Positions 31,780-42,800 of a stretch of DNA of 64,000 nucleotides are shown here, in pieces; the first letter of the stretch is position 1, and each line of letters opens with the position of its first letter. The notes below the pieces were generated by a model. That model was not told where the DNA came from. It searched no databases and was given only the letters and a program-made list of their open reading frames with translations. A program made the translations under genes and the position numbers. Origin of the DNA: an uncultured Holophagales bacterium (GTDB lineage Bacteria > Acidobacteriota > Thermoanaerobaculia > Multivoradales > UBA5704); contig CAWJGT010000009.1 of the NCBI GenBank assembly GCA_963842525.1, positions 1,280,001 through 1,344,000 on the forward strand, read 5' to 3'.

Positions 31780-31968
31780 TCAGAGCCCGTCGAGGAGCGA
31801 GCCCAGGATCAGCAGGGCCCCGGCCACGACGAGCGACCAGAAGCCGAGGTTGCTCGGGGGATGGATCATGCCCAATCCCGCCAGGAGGCCGATGATCCAC
31901 AGGATGATCGCGATGATGAGGGTCACTTCCTTCGGGGCCTGCGTCCTGAATCCTCCACGCCTTGCCAT
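31780..31968 (-). CDS. Small two-TM membrane protein
   Basis: 62 aa, MARRGGFRTQAPK...LLDGL; strong RBS ggaggagg. Confidence 0.7.
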   Translation of the reverse strand: MARRGGFRTQAPKEVTLIIAIILWIIGLLAGLGMIHPPSNLGFWSLVVAGALLILGSLLDGL

Positions 31969-32163
31969 GGGGCTTCCTCCTCCCTGAATTCGGTCCGCGC
32001 CTCGGAGAGGGGCCGCGGAGACCGGGGCGAAGCCTATCACGGCGTCGGCCGGCGCGCTTTTCCCCGCCCGGTGCACTTCTACTTGCCAGAGGGCCCTCTC
32101 CAGACGCGCTTCCATCGCGGGGCGCAGATACGACGTGTCCGTTCTTCTTGGAAGGAGATTGGA

Positions 32164-33414
32164 ATGCGGAGAGTATGGTTTCGTATCGTTGGAACGGCGG
32201 CCGTGCTTGCTTTCCTGGCCGTCTCGGCTCAGGCTGGCGAGGGTCTTTTCACGCCTCTCGACATCGCCAGCACGTATGGCAAGGCGCTGAATCTGGACCC
32301 GTCTTACAATGCGTTGTCTGAAGATGCCGCCCTGGGACCCCTGCACCTGGTGCGGGCGAACGTCGACCTGGTGACCGAGACGGCGGCGTCGCTGCCCTTG
32401 AATCTCGGTCCGGGCCTCGACCTGCGAGCGTATCGCATCAATTCCTATATGACGAAGTCGGGATCCCTGGTGTGGTCCGGCGTCATCGAGGACCCCGGGA
32501 CGGCGATCGTGCCGTTCACGGCGGACGCGCTCCGGTTCAACCCGATGAACCAGGTGATGCTGGTCAAGAACAATGGCAACATCACCGGCAACATCCATTT
32601 CGCCGGGGCGCTGTACCAGATCCGGCCCTTGAAGAGCGGCGGCCATGTGATCTCCGAAGTGAACCCGGCCGCGATGCCGCCGGACCATCCGCCGGCATAC
32701 AAGAACATCAAGACCTACAGGATGAAGGGCAGCGGCAACGGCCTGGACAAGGCCGACACCGTTATCCGCGTGATGGTGCACTACACGTCGTCCGCGGCGT
32801 CGGCTTCGGGCAACATCAGCGCCGTGGTCGACCTCGCCGTGGCGGAGACCAATCAGGGCTACACCAACAGCGGCGTGCTCATCGACCTCATCCTGGCCCA
32901 CAAGTCGCAGGTCACCTACACCCAGAGCGGCAGCTTCAGCACCGATCTGAGCCGGTATCGCGGGACCAGCGATGGCTACATGGACAGCATCCACACGACG
33001 CGCAACTCGGTGACGGCTGACGTCGGCGTCCTGCTCATCAACAATTCGTCCTCCTGCGGCCTCGCCTCCAGCATTGGATCGACGGCGAGCACGGCATTCG
33101 CAGTCGCCCACTGGAGCTGTGCCACGGGCTACTACTCCTTCGGCCACGAGATCGGACACCTCCAGTCCGCTCGCCACGACCCGGCGACCGATCCGTCGAC
33201 CTCGCCCTACTCGTACGGCCACGGCTACCGGTACACCGGCAGCCCGTCCTGGCGCACGATCATGGCGTACAACTGCCCGGCCGGCTGCCCGCGGCTGAAC
33301 TACTGGTCGAGCCCGCTCACGCTCTATAACGGCCTGCCCATGGGCACGGCGTCCCAGAGCGACAACCACCGCGTGCTGAACAACACACGCAACACGGTCG
33401 CCGCCTTCCGCTAG
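32164..33414 (+). CDS. Secreted reprolysin-like (M12-type) zinc metalloprotease
   Basis: Signal peptide; HEIGHLQSARHD zinc motif; Met-turn TIMAY. Confidence 0.85.
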   Translation: MRRVWFRIVGTAAVLAFLAVSAQAGEGLFTPLDIASTYGKALNLDPSYNALSEDAALGPLHLVRANVDLVTETAASLPLNLGPGLDLRAYRINSYMTKSGSLVWSGVIEDPGTAIVPFTADALRFNPMNQVMLVKNNGNITGNIHFAGALYQIRPLKSGGHVISEVNPAAMPPDHPPAYKNIKTYRMKGSGNGLDKADTVIRVMVHYTSSAASASGNISAVVDLAVAETNQGYTNSGVLIDLILAHKSQVTYTQSGSFSTDLSRYRGTSDGYMDSIHTTRNSVTADVGVLLINNSSSCGLASSIGSTASTAFAVAHWSCATGYYSFGHEIGHLQSARHDPATDPSTSPYSYGHGYRYTGSPSWRTIMAYNCPAGCPRLNYWSSPLTLYNGLPMGTASQSDNHRVLNNTRNTVAAFR

Positions 33415-33667
33415 GAATCCGTCCTGCAAGAGCTCGCTTCGAGGGTGGGTGCTCCGGCACCTGCCCTCGTGCGGCCGTGCATCAGGTGTATGCCTCGCGT
33501 ACAGGCAATGTCTCTGCTGATCCATAAGGCCGGGGCACGGGCTCTGACTGCCTCGCCATAAGTCGAAACAGTTGAGTCACATAGGTCTTTTGACCAATGG
33601 TGGCACGCCGTTCGCCTTACGTGCCGATGGAGCCAAGGGTGCTCCGCCTTCTGCTGGGGAGGTCACC

Positions 33668-34546
33668 ATGAGACACCGGATTCCCGTCCTTCTGCTCCTG
33701 GCTGCGTGTGTGGCCTCGACCGGCTGCGTGGGCACCTTGCCGCCGACGAAGCGCACCAACAGCGCGCTGGACTTCCTCTATCCACAGGGGGCCACCGCCG
33801 CGCAGCCGGCGCAAGAAGTGGTCCTCCAGTTGCCGGTCCGGGTGGGGCTGGCGTTCGCTCCGAACCGGAGCGACGAGCCCGACCCGATTACCGAGGAGCA
33901 GAAGCAGAGGCTCTTAGCGGGGGTTGCCGAAGCGTTCAAGGCGCACAAAGGGATCGGGCATCTGGAGGTCGTTCCGACCACCTATCTTCAGCCTGGTGGA
34001 GGCTTCATCAACCTCGACCAGATCCGCGCCTCGCTGGGGCTCGACCTCATCGTCCTGCTGTCGTACGACCAGGCACAGTTCACGGAATCGACCCGCGCCT
34101 CGTGGACCTACCTGACCGTCGTCGGTCCCCTGTTGATCGAAGGGGAGAAGAACGATACCCGGACCGTGGTGGATGCCGTGGTCTACGACATCGAATCGCG
34201 AGCGCTTCTTTTTCGGGCCGCCGGCGAGAGCACGGTCAAAGGGCGGTCGAGCCCGTTGAATGTCGACCGCAAGCGGCGGAATTTTGCCGCGGCGGGTTTC
34301 GAAAAGGCGACGGACACCCTGATCGCCCAACTGAACACGGCGCTCGAGCAGTTCGAGGAGCAGGCCACGAACGGCACGGTACAGGGGCCTGGCACGCCTG
34401 CCATCGCCATGTACAACGCCGAGGGGCAGCGCATCACCACCGAGAGCCGGGGCGGTGGAGCGTTCGGAGCGGTGGAGATGATCGGGGCGGCGCTGTTGGC
34501 GCTGGCGCTGTTTACCGGCGGCCGGCGTCGGGCTCTTGAAAAATGA
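33668..34546 (+). CDS. Rhombotarget-type lipoprotein with GlyGly-CTERM tail
   Basis: Lipobox STGC; LDFLYP, LPVRVGLAFAP, LLFRAAG; tail GGGAFG + TM helix + RRR. Confidence 0.8.
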   Translation: MRHRIPVLLLLAACVASTGCVGTLPPTKRTNSALDFLYPQGATAAQPAQEVVLQLPVRVGLAFAPNRSDEPDPITEEQKQRLLAGVAEAFKAHKGIGHLEVVPTTYLQPGGGFINLDQIRASLGLDLIVLLSYDQAQFTESTRASWTYLTVVGPLLIEGEKNDTRTVVDAVVYDIESRALLFRAAGESTVKGRSSPLNVDRKRRNFAAAGFEKATDTLIAQLNTALEQFEEQATNGTVQGPGTPAIAMYNAEGQRITTESRGGGAFGAVEMIGAALLALALFTGGRRRALEK

Positions 34547-34640
34547 GTTGACCGGGAACGCCACGGTTCTGCCACAATCTCGGTCCGCTTCTTCCCGATT
34601 CGGCCGTTCGGATGCCCTTCGGAGGTGGTGGACTGTCCCC

Positions 34641-36074
34641 ATGGCGAAACCACGACCCTTGCGCGTCAAGATGATTCTGCCGTCCCTGACCGAGGCCACC
34701 AGCCCGTTCTGTCGGCCGATCAAGTACTCGCTCTTCCCACCCCTGGGGCTGGCGACCCTGGCGGCATATCTCGACCCCGACGCCGAGATCACGCTGGTGG
34801 ACGAGCACGTCGAGACCCTCAGACTCGACGATCACCCGGACCTGGTGGTGATCCAGGTCTACATCACCAATGCCCGGCGGGCGTACGCCATCGCCGACCA
34901 CTACCGGGCCCGGGGATGCTACGTGGCGCTCGGCGGGCTGCATGTGACCTCGCTGCCGGCCGAGGCCGCGCCCCATGCAGACAGCATCTTCTGCGGCCCT
35001 GGTGAGGAGACGTTCCCCGAGTTCCTGCGCGACCTGGCCGCGGGCTGTCCGAAGCGGCGCTATTTCTCCAGTGTGCGGACGCTGGAGCGCCTGCCGCCGG
35101 TGCGGCGCGATCTGATCCGGCGGCCGCTCTACCTCGTCCCCAACTCGATCGTGGTCACCCGCGGCTGCCCGCACCACTGTGACTTCTGCTACAAGGACGC
35201 GTTTTTCGAGGGCGGCCGGGGGTTCTATACGCAGAAAGTGGACGACGCCCTGTCCGAGATCGAGCGCCTGCCCGGGAGCCATCTCTACTTTCTGGACGAT
35301 CACCTGCTGGGCGATGTCCGCTTCGCGACGGCGCTATTCGTCGGCATGCGCGGCATGGGCCGGCTGTTCCAGGGCGCGGCCACGGTCGACTCGGTGCTGC
35401 GCGGAGACCTCATCGAGCGCGCCGCGGAGGCGGGGCTGCGCAGCCTCTTTGTCGGGTTCGAGACCTTGAGCCCGGCCAACCTGCGGCAGAGCAACAAGGC
35501 ACAAAACCTCAATAAGGACTACCGCGCCGCGGTCCGTCGCCTGGACGAGCTCGGCATCATGGTCAACGGCAGCTTCGTCTTCGGGCTGGACGACGACGGT
35601 CCTGACGTCTTCCGGAGCACTGTGGACTGGGCTCTCGACAACGGCCTGACCACCTCGACGTTCCACATCCTCACCCCCTATCCCGGCACGGCCCTCTATG
35701 CGCGGATGGAGGCGGAGGGGCGCCTGCGGACCCGCGACTGGGACCTGTACGACACGCGCCACGTGGTCTATCGGACGCGCGGGATGTCCGAGGAGGAGTT
35801 GGAGGCGGGCTACTGGTGGGCCTACAAGGAGTTCTACCGCTGGGGCTCGATCTTCCACGCCAGCGCCCAGCATTCAACCTGGGAGCGCCGGCTCAAGAGC
35901 TTCTGCTACACCGCGGGCTGGAAGAAGCTGGAGCCTCTCTGGGACGCCGCCATCCGCTGCCGGCGGCTGCGCTCCCTCCGGCCCGTCCTGGAATCCATCC
36001 TGGCGAGATCGGAAGGACAGGTGGAGACCCAGGCTGGAATCTCATCTCCCCTGGTTGACGCGAAAACGACCTAA
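34641..36074 (+). CDS. B12-binding domain radical SAM protein
   Basis: PPLGLATLA, GGLHVT, RGCPHHCDFC (CxxxCxxC), VGFET, TPYPGT motifs. Confidence 0.92.
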   Translation: MAKPRPLRVKMILPSLTEATSPFCRPIKYSLFPPLGLATLAAYLDPDAEITLVDEHVETLRLDDHPDLVVIQVYITNARRAYAIADHYRARGCYVALGGLHVTSLPAEAAPHADSIFCGPGEETFPEFLRDLAAGCPKRRYFSSVRTLERLPPVRRDLIRRPLYLVPNSIVVTRGCPHHCDFCYKDAFFEGGRGFYTQKVDDALSEIERLPGSHLYFLDDHLLGDVRFATALFVGMRGMGRLFQGAATVDSVLRGDLIERAAEAGLRSLFVGFETLSPANLRQSNKAQNLNKDYRAAVRRLDELGIMVNGSFVFGLDDDGPDVFRSTVDWALDNGLTTSTFHILTPYPGTALYARMEAEGRLRTRDWDLYDTRHVVYRTRGMSEEELEAGYWWAYKEFYRWGSIFHASAQHSTWERRLKSFCYTAGWKKLEPLWDAAIRCRRLRSLRPVLESILARSEGQVETQAGISSPLVDAKTT

Positions 36075-36213
36075 GGGCTCGTCACAAAATAAGTGTCTCA
36101 TTTCGGCCCTTCAACGCGGCCTTCTAGCGAGCTGACAAAGTCTGTCCTGGGGCCCCAGACCCGTCGTGTCATCCTGAGCGTAGCGAAGGATCTGGGGGCA
36201 GGTAGGCTGCACG

Positions 36214-36672
36214 CCGCGGGACCACTGCGAGCCACCGCAGGGAGCGTCGATGGTCCTGTGGTGGCTCCTGCCGGTCCCGCAGCACCACTGTGAGCCACCG
36301 CAGGGAGCGTCGATGGTCCTGTGGTGGCTCCTGCCGGTCCCGCGGCACCACTGTGAGCCACCGCAGGGAGCGTCGATGGTCCTGTGGTGACTCCTGCCGG
36401 TCCCGCGGCACCACTGTGAGCCACCGCGGGGAGCGTCCCTGGTCCCGCGGTGAAGCCTGCCGGTCCCGCGGGACCACTGTGAGCCACCGCAGGGAACGTC
36501 GATGGTCCTGCGGTGAATCCCGCCGGTCCCGCGGGACCACTGTGAGCCACCGCAGGGAACGTCGATGGTCCCGTGGTGAATCCCGCCGGTCCCGCGGGAC
36601 CACTGCGAGCCACCGCAGGGAACGTCGATGGTCCTGTGGTGAATCCCGCCGGTCCCGCGGGACCACTGCGAG
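36214..36672. repeat. 63-bp tandem repeat array (~7.3 units) with internal palindrome ggtcccgcgggacc
   Basis: ccactg recurs at 36222+63n up to 36663; units are nearly identical. Confidence 0.95.
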
Positions 36673-36818
36673 TCTCCACGGGCCCCGTCCCGTTTTTCAG
36701 GGCTCGCAACACTATTCCCGCAAGGCATCTGTGTGCCCGCAGTCTGCAGCTCTGATTTCTTGTCGGCGCGCTGCGCTCCCCGGGGAGCGTCGCGCCCGGG
36801 TATGATGGAGGGAGAACG

Positions 36819-39800
36819 ATGACGCGCCTTTCCGATGGTCCCCTTGCCGGGGCCTCTTCGCTGGTCGAGGTGCTGCGCCACCGTGCGCTGGCCCAGCCCG
36901 ACCGGCTGGCCTACCGGTTCCTCGCAGACGGCGAGGTGGAGGAAGCCACCTTCACCTATGCCGAGCTGGACCGGAAGGCGCGCGCCATCGCGGCGACGCT
37001 CCAGGATCTGGGTGCCGCGGGGGAGCGCATCCTGCTGCTTTATCCGGCGAGCCTCGACTATGTAGCCGCCTTCTACGGGTGCCTCTATGCGGGCGCTATT
37101 GCCGTGCCTGCCTATCCGCCACGGCCCAACCGGCCGATGCCGCGCATCCGCGCCATCGTGGCGGATGCCCAGGCGCGGATTGCGCTGACGACGCAGGCGG
37201 TCTTTGCCACGATCGAGCGCCGGATCGAGGACCTTCCCGATCTTCAGGCCCTCACCTGGCGGACGACGGACGACCTGCCGGCCGGTCCGGAAGACATGTG
37301 GCGCGATCCCTCCGTCGGGCTGGAGACGCTGGCCTTCCTTCAATATACGTCCGGGTCCACGGCCACGCCCAAGGGGGTGATGGTCAGCCACGGCAATCTG
37401 ATTCACAACGAGCGGCTGATCGAGGTCGCGTGCGAGCACACGGGCGAGACGCCGTGCGTGAGCTGGCTGCCGCTCTACCACGACCTTGGCCTGATCGGGA
37501 ACATGATCCAGTCGCTCTGGGTGGGGACGCCGTGCACGCTGATGTCGCCGGTGTCGTTCCTCCAGAGCCCGATCCGTTGGCTGCGGGCGGTGTCGACCTA
37601 CGGGGGGCATACGAGCGGCGGCCCCAACTTCGCCTATGAGCTGTGCGTGGCCAAGACCACGCCGGAGCAGCGGGAGGGGCTGGATCTGTCGAGCTGGCGA
37701 GTGGCCTTCAATGGCGCCGAGCCGGTCCGCCAGGAGACCCTGGAGAAGTTCGTCAGCGTTTTCGAGCCCTATGGCTTCCGGCGCGAGGCGCTTTTCCCGT
37801 GCTATGGCCTTGCGGAGACCACGCTCATCGTCACCGGCCCTGGCAAGCATGCGCCGCACGTTCACAAGAGCTTCCGCGGCGACGAGCTGTCGCGCAACCG
37901 GGTGGTGGAGGCCGCGGCAGGGGATGAGGCAGCGACGCGCGAGCTGGTGGGCTGCGGTGCGGTGTTGGGTGGGCAGGATGTGCGGATCGTCGATCATGAG
38001 ACGCTTATTGCTTGCGAGACGGGGAGCGTCGGGGAGATCTGGGTGGCGGGACCGAGCGTGGCGCGGGGATATTGGAATCGGACGGAGGAGACGGAGCAGG
38101 CGTTCGGCGCGCGCCCCGGGTTGACACCCGGGGCTACCCAGTCTCGCCCTCCGGGCTCTGGGATCCCTGACTCTGGCGAGCCCGGAGGGCGGCATTCGGT
38201 AGCCCAGGGTGTGAACCCTGGGCGAGGGAGCGAGGACGGCTCCTATCCCTACCTCCGCACCGGCGATCTCGGTTTCTTCCAGGACGACCAGCTCTACATC
38301 ACCGGCCGGCTCAAGGACCTGATCATCCTGCGTGGCGTCAACCACTATCCGCAGGACATCGAGCTGACGGTCGAGCGCAGCCATCCGTCGCTGCGGCCCG
38401 GGTGCGGCGCAGCCTTCTCGGTGGAGGTGGATGGCGAGGAGCGGCTAGCGGTCGTGCAGGAGATCCAGCGCGAGCAGCGCCGGGCCGATTTCGACGAGAT
38501 CGTGGCCGCGGTACGCAAGGCGGTGGCTGCGGAGCACGAGGTGCAGCTCTGGGGCCTGGCGGTCATCAAGCCGGGGAGCCTGCCGAAGACCTCCAGCGGC
38601 AAGATCCAGCGGCGCCAGAGCAAGGCGGATTTCCTGGCGGGTGCTGTGGACTTGGTCGGTGAATGGCGGGAGAGCGGCGCCGGGGCGGCGGATGCAGCCG
38701 ATCTGGAGGTCCCGGACGAGCTGCGTACCCGCGAGGATGTGGAGCGGTGGCTCATCGTGCGGGTCGCGTCGCTCGCCGGAGTCGCGCCCACGGAGATCGC
38801 TCCGGAGCGGGCGATCGGCGACTGGGGGCTCGATTCTCTGAAAGCCATCGAGCTGATGCACAGCATCGAGGAGCGGACCGGGGTGTCGCTCCCCATGGAG
38901 AGCTTCTTCGGCGGCCTGACGCTCGCCGAGGTCATCGACCGGGTGGTGACTGAGCGAATCGCAGCGCCGGCCGAAGGCACTCTCGTGCACGAGGGGGAGG
39001 AGACGGGGGACTTCGCACTCTCGGACGGCCAGAAGGCGCTCTGGTTCCTCTGGCGCCTGGAGCCCGCGAGCCCCGCGTACAACCTGCCGGCCGCGGTGCG
39101 GATCACCAGCCAGGTGGACGCCGAAGCCCTGCGCCGCGCCTTCCAGGCTTTGGTCGACCGGCACCCGGCGCTGCGGACGACCTTTGCGGTGGGGGAGAGT
39201 GGCGACCCGGTCCAGAGGGTCGCGCCGGCGTCCGTGGTCGACTTCGAGGTCGTGGACGCCGCGGGCTGGAGCGAGGAGGATCTGCGCGCCCGGCTGGACG
39301 AGGAGGCGCACCGGTCCTTCGACCTGGAGCAAGGGCCGCTGTTCCGGGTCCGGCTCTATCTCAGGACAGGAGAGCCGGTTTTGCTTCTGAACATGCACCA
39401 CATTATGGGTGACTTCTGGTCGCTCTCGGTGCTGGCCCGCGAGCTGGGAGCCCTTCTTCTTCCCCCCTCTCCCGGGGGAGGGGAGTGCGGATGGGAGAGG
39501 GGGGCCAGGGGGGTGAGGGCTCTCCGCTTCACGGACTATGTCCGCTGGCAGCGCGAGCTGCTGGCCGGGGCCGATGGGGAGCGCCTTCTCGGCTGGTGGC
39601 GGGAGCGGCTGGCCGGCGAGCTGCCGGTGCTCGATCTCTCGACCGACCGACCGCGTCCACCGGTCCAGACCTATCGCGGGTCCGCGGTGCGCTTCCGCAT
39701 CGATCCGGAGCTGACCGCGCGGCTCAAGACGGTGGGACAGAGCCGGCAGGCCACGCTCTACATGACGCTCCTTGCGGCCTTCCAGGCTCTGCTTCACCGG

Positions 39801-42800
39801 TGGACCGGCCAGCCCGATCTGCTCGTCGGATCGCCGTCGGCGGGACGGGGACGGGCGTCTCTCGCGGGCGTCGTGGGCTACTTCGTCAATCCGGTTGTGC
39901 TGCGGGCCGACCTGTCGCGCGAGCTGTCGTTCGGCGATCTTCTGGAGCAGGCCCGGGGCGGTGTGCTCGGCGCGTTCGAGCATCAGGACTACCCGTTTCC
40001 GGCGCTGGTCGAGCACCTCCAGCCGCAGCGCGATCCGAGCCGCTCGCCGATCTTCCAGGTCATGTTTGCTCTGCAGAACGCACCGATCCCGGAGCTGACC
40101 GCGTTCGCAGTGGGGGAGGAGGGAGCGACCGTCGAGCTGGGCGGCCTGCGCCTCGCACACATGGCGCTGCCGCAGCGGATCGCGCAGTTCAACCTCACCC
40201 TGTCGATGGGTGAGAGTGGAGGGAGCCTCGCCGCCACGCTCGATTTCAATACCGATCTGTTCGATGCCGGCACGGCGGAGCGGATGGCGCGGAGCCTCCA
40301 GACGCTGTTGGCTGCCGCCGCGGTCGAGCCCGGGCGGCACATCTCAGGCCTGCCTGTGCTCGCGGAGGACGAGCGCCGGCAGGTGCTCGCGGAGTGGAAT
40401 GCCACGGGCGCGCCCGAGGGCGAGGCCCTGGTGCACGAGCTGTTTGCGGCGCAGGTGGCCCGGGACCCCTACGCCACGGCTGTCGTATACCGCGGCGAGC
40501 GCCTGATCTATCGAGAGCTTGAGCGACGGGCCGATGCCGTCGCGGCCCGGCTGTGGGAGCTGGGAGCGGGCCCGGAGATCCTGGTCGGTCTGTGCGCCGA
40601 GCGAAGCCTCGAGCTCGTCGTAGGCATCCTGGCGATCCTCAAGTCCGGAGCCGGCTATCTGCCGCTCGACCCCGAAGCGCCGGCCGAGCGGCTCGCCTTC
40701 CTCGTCAAAGACGCGGGCGTGCAGGTGGTGGTCACGCAGAGCCATCTCGGGCTGCGCTGGCCGGAGGGGATCGAGGTGGTTAGCCCCTCACAGCCGTTCC
40801 CCATGGGCGAACTCAACCCCGTAGGGGTGGCCGGAATTAGCCCGGGATTTCAATCCCGGGAATCGGGTGCATCCTCAGACCCCCGAAGCCCCGCTAGGGG
40901 CGACAGGAATCCTGCCGACGAGCCCCTGCCGCCCCTACCGGGGCTGATGGAGGGGGATGGCCTCCCCTTCCCGGGCCTGAAGGCCCGGGCTAATTCCGGC
41001 CGCCCCTACGGGGCTGATTTCACGCCTATGGGCCAGGGGGGTGAGGGCTCCGCCTGTCTCATCTATACATCCGGCTCCACGGGCGAGCCCAAGGGCGTGC
41101 TCCTGACCCACCGCAACCTCGCTGGCCTGATCGCTTCCTTCGTCCGGGACTACGCGCCGGGATCGGGGGACGCCGTTTTGCCGCTCACCTCGGTCGCGTC
41201 GGCGAGCTTCGTGGGCGAGGTGCTGCCGGCCCTGGCCGCGGGCGCCGCGGTCGTTCTGCCGGATAAGGAGGAGCTGCTCGACTTCGAAAAGTTGACCTCC
41301 CTGATCGCGGCGAGCGGTGTCTCGATCCTGAGCACCGTGCCGTCCCTGCTGGCTGGCCTCAACGCCATGAAGGACCGGCTGCCGAAGCTCCGGCTGCTCC
41401 TCTCCGGCGGCGAGGCGCTGTCGGCCGGCGACGTCGATCGGCTGCTCGGCACGACGGAGATCGTCAACGGCTACGGCCTGACCGAGACGACAATCTGCTC
41501 GACGATCCATCGCGTGGAGCGGATCGACTTCGAACGGGGCACGATCCCGATCGGCCAGCCGGTGCTGGGACATCAGGCCTATGTGCTCGACGGCCACCTG
41601 GAGCCGCGGCCGGTGGGGTGCCCGGGCGAGCTGTTCCTGGCCGGCTGCGGCCTTGCCCGCGGCTACCACGGCAACCCGGCGGGGACGGCTGAGCGTTTCC
41701 TGCCCGATCCGTTTGCTCCGGACAGCCGGATGTACCGCACGGGCGACCTGGCGCGCTGGCGGCCGGATGGCTCTCTGGAATACCTGGGCCGCGCCGACCA
41801 GCAGGTCAAGATCCGCGGCTTCCGCATCGAGCTGGGCGAGATCGAGTCCGTGCTTGGGCGCCATCCGGCCGTGCGCGAGGCCGCGGTCGTGGCGCGGCAG
41901 GACACGGGCGAGAAGCGCCTCGCGGCCTATGTGGTCTTCCGCGAGGGGGAGAGCGCCACGGCGGGCGATCTGCTCGCCTTCCTCCGCGAGAAGCTCCCCG
42001 AGGCCATGATCCCGGCGGCCTTTGTGCCGTTGCCGGCCCTGCCGCTTACAGCCAACGGCAAGCTGGATGTCAAGGCTTTACCCGTACCCGAGCAGCTCCG
42101 GCCCGAGCTGGCGCATGCCTATGTGGCGCCGCGCGGCGACCTCGAACGGATCATCGCTGAGGTGTGGCGTGGTGCACTCCAGGTCGAGAAGGTCGGCATC
42201 CACGACAACTTCTTCGACCTGGGCGGCCATTCGCTGCTGATGACCCGGGTCCATGCGCGCTTGAAAGAGGTTCTGCCGGCGGACCTGTCACTGATCGATC
42301 TCTTCCGCTATCCCACGATCTCGTCGCTGGCCCGGTTCCTGGCGCCTGGTGATGCGGCGCCCGTCCTGCCGACGCGGCCGGTCCGCCAACGTGGCGAGCG
42401 GGAGGACATCGCCATCATTGCGATGAGCGGTCGCTTCCCGGGTGCCCGAACGGCCAACGAGCTCTGGCGCAATCTCGTCGATAGGGTCGAGTCCATCCAT
42501 CGCTTTACCGACGAGGAGCTGCTCGCCGCCGGCATCGATGCCGAGATGGTGGCGAATCCCAACTACATCAAGGCCAAGGGGATCCTCGGCGACATCGAGA
42601 TGTTCGACGCCTCCTTCTTCGGCCACAACCCGCGCAGCGCCGAGCTGACCGATCCGCAGCACCGCGTCTTTTTGGAATGCGCCTGGGAGGCCCTGGAGCT
42701 GGCCGGGTATGACCCTGACCGCTATCCAGGCCGCATCGGTGTATTTGCCGGCCAGAGCATGAACACCTACTGGCTGAGCAATCTTTATTACCACGTGGAC

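Noticed and set aside
36214-36672. CRISPR array
   Set aside because: Units are nearly identical along their whole length with no unique spacers, and there are no cas genes in the window.
38114-41047. Inteins or introns as the explanation for the in-frame inserts
   Set aside because: They are too short, lack intein terminal residues (C...HN) and intron consensus ends, are palindromic DNA repeats, and family A also occurs intergenically.
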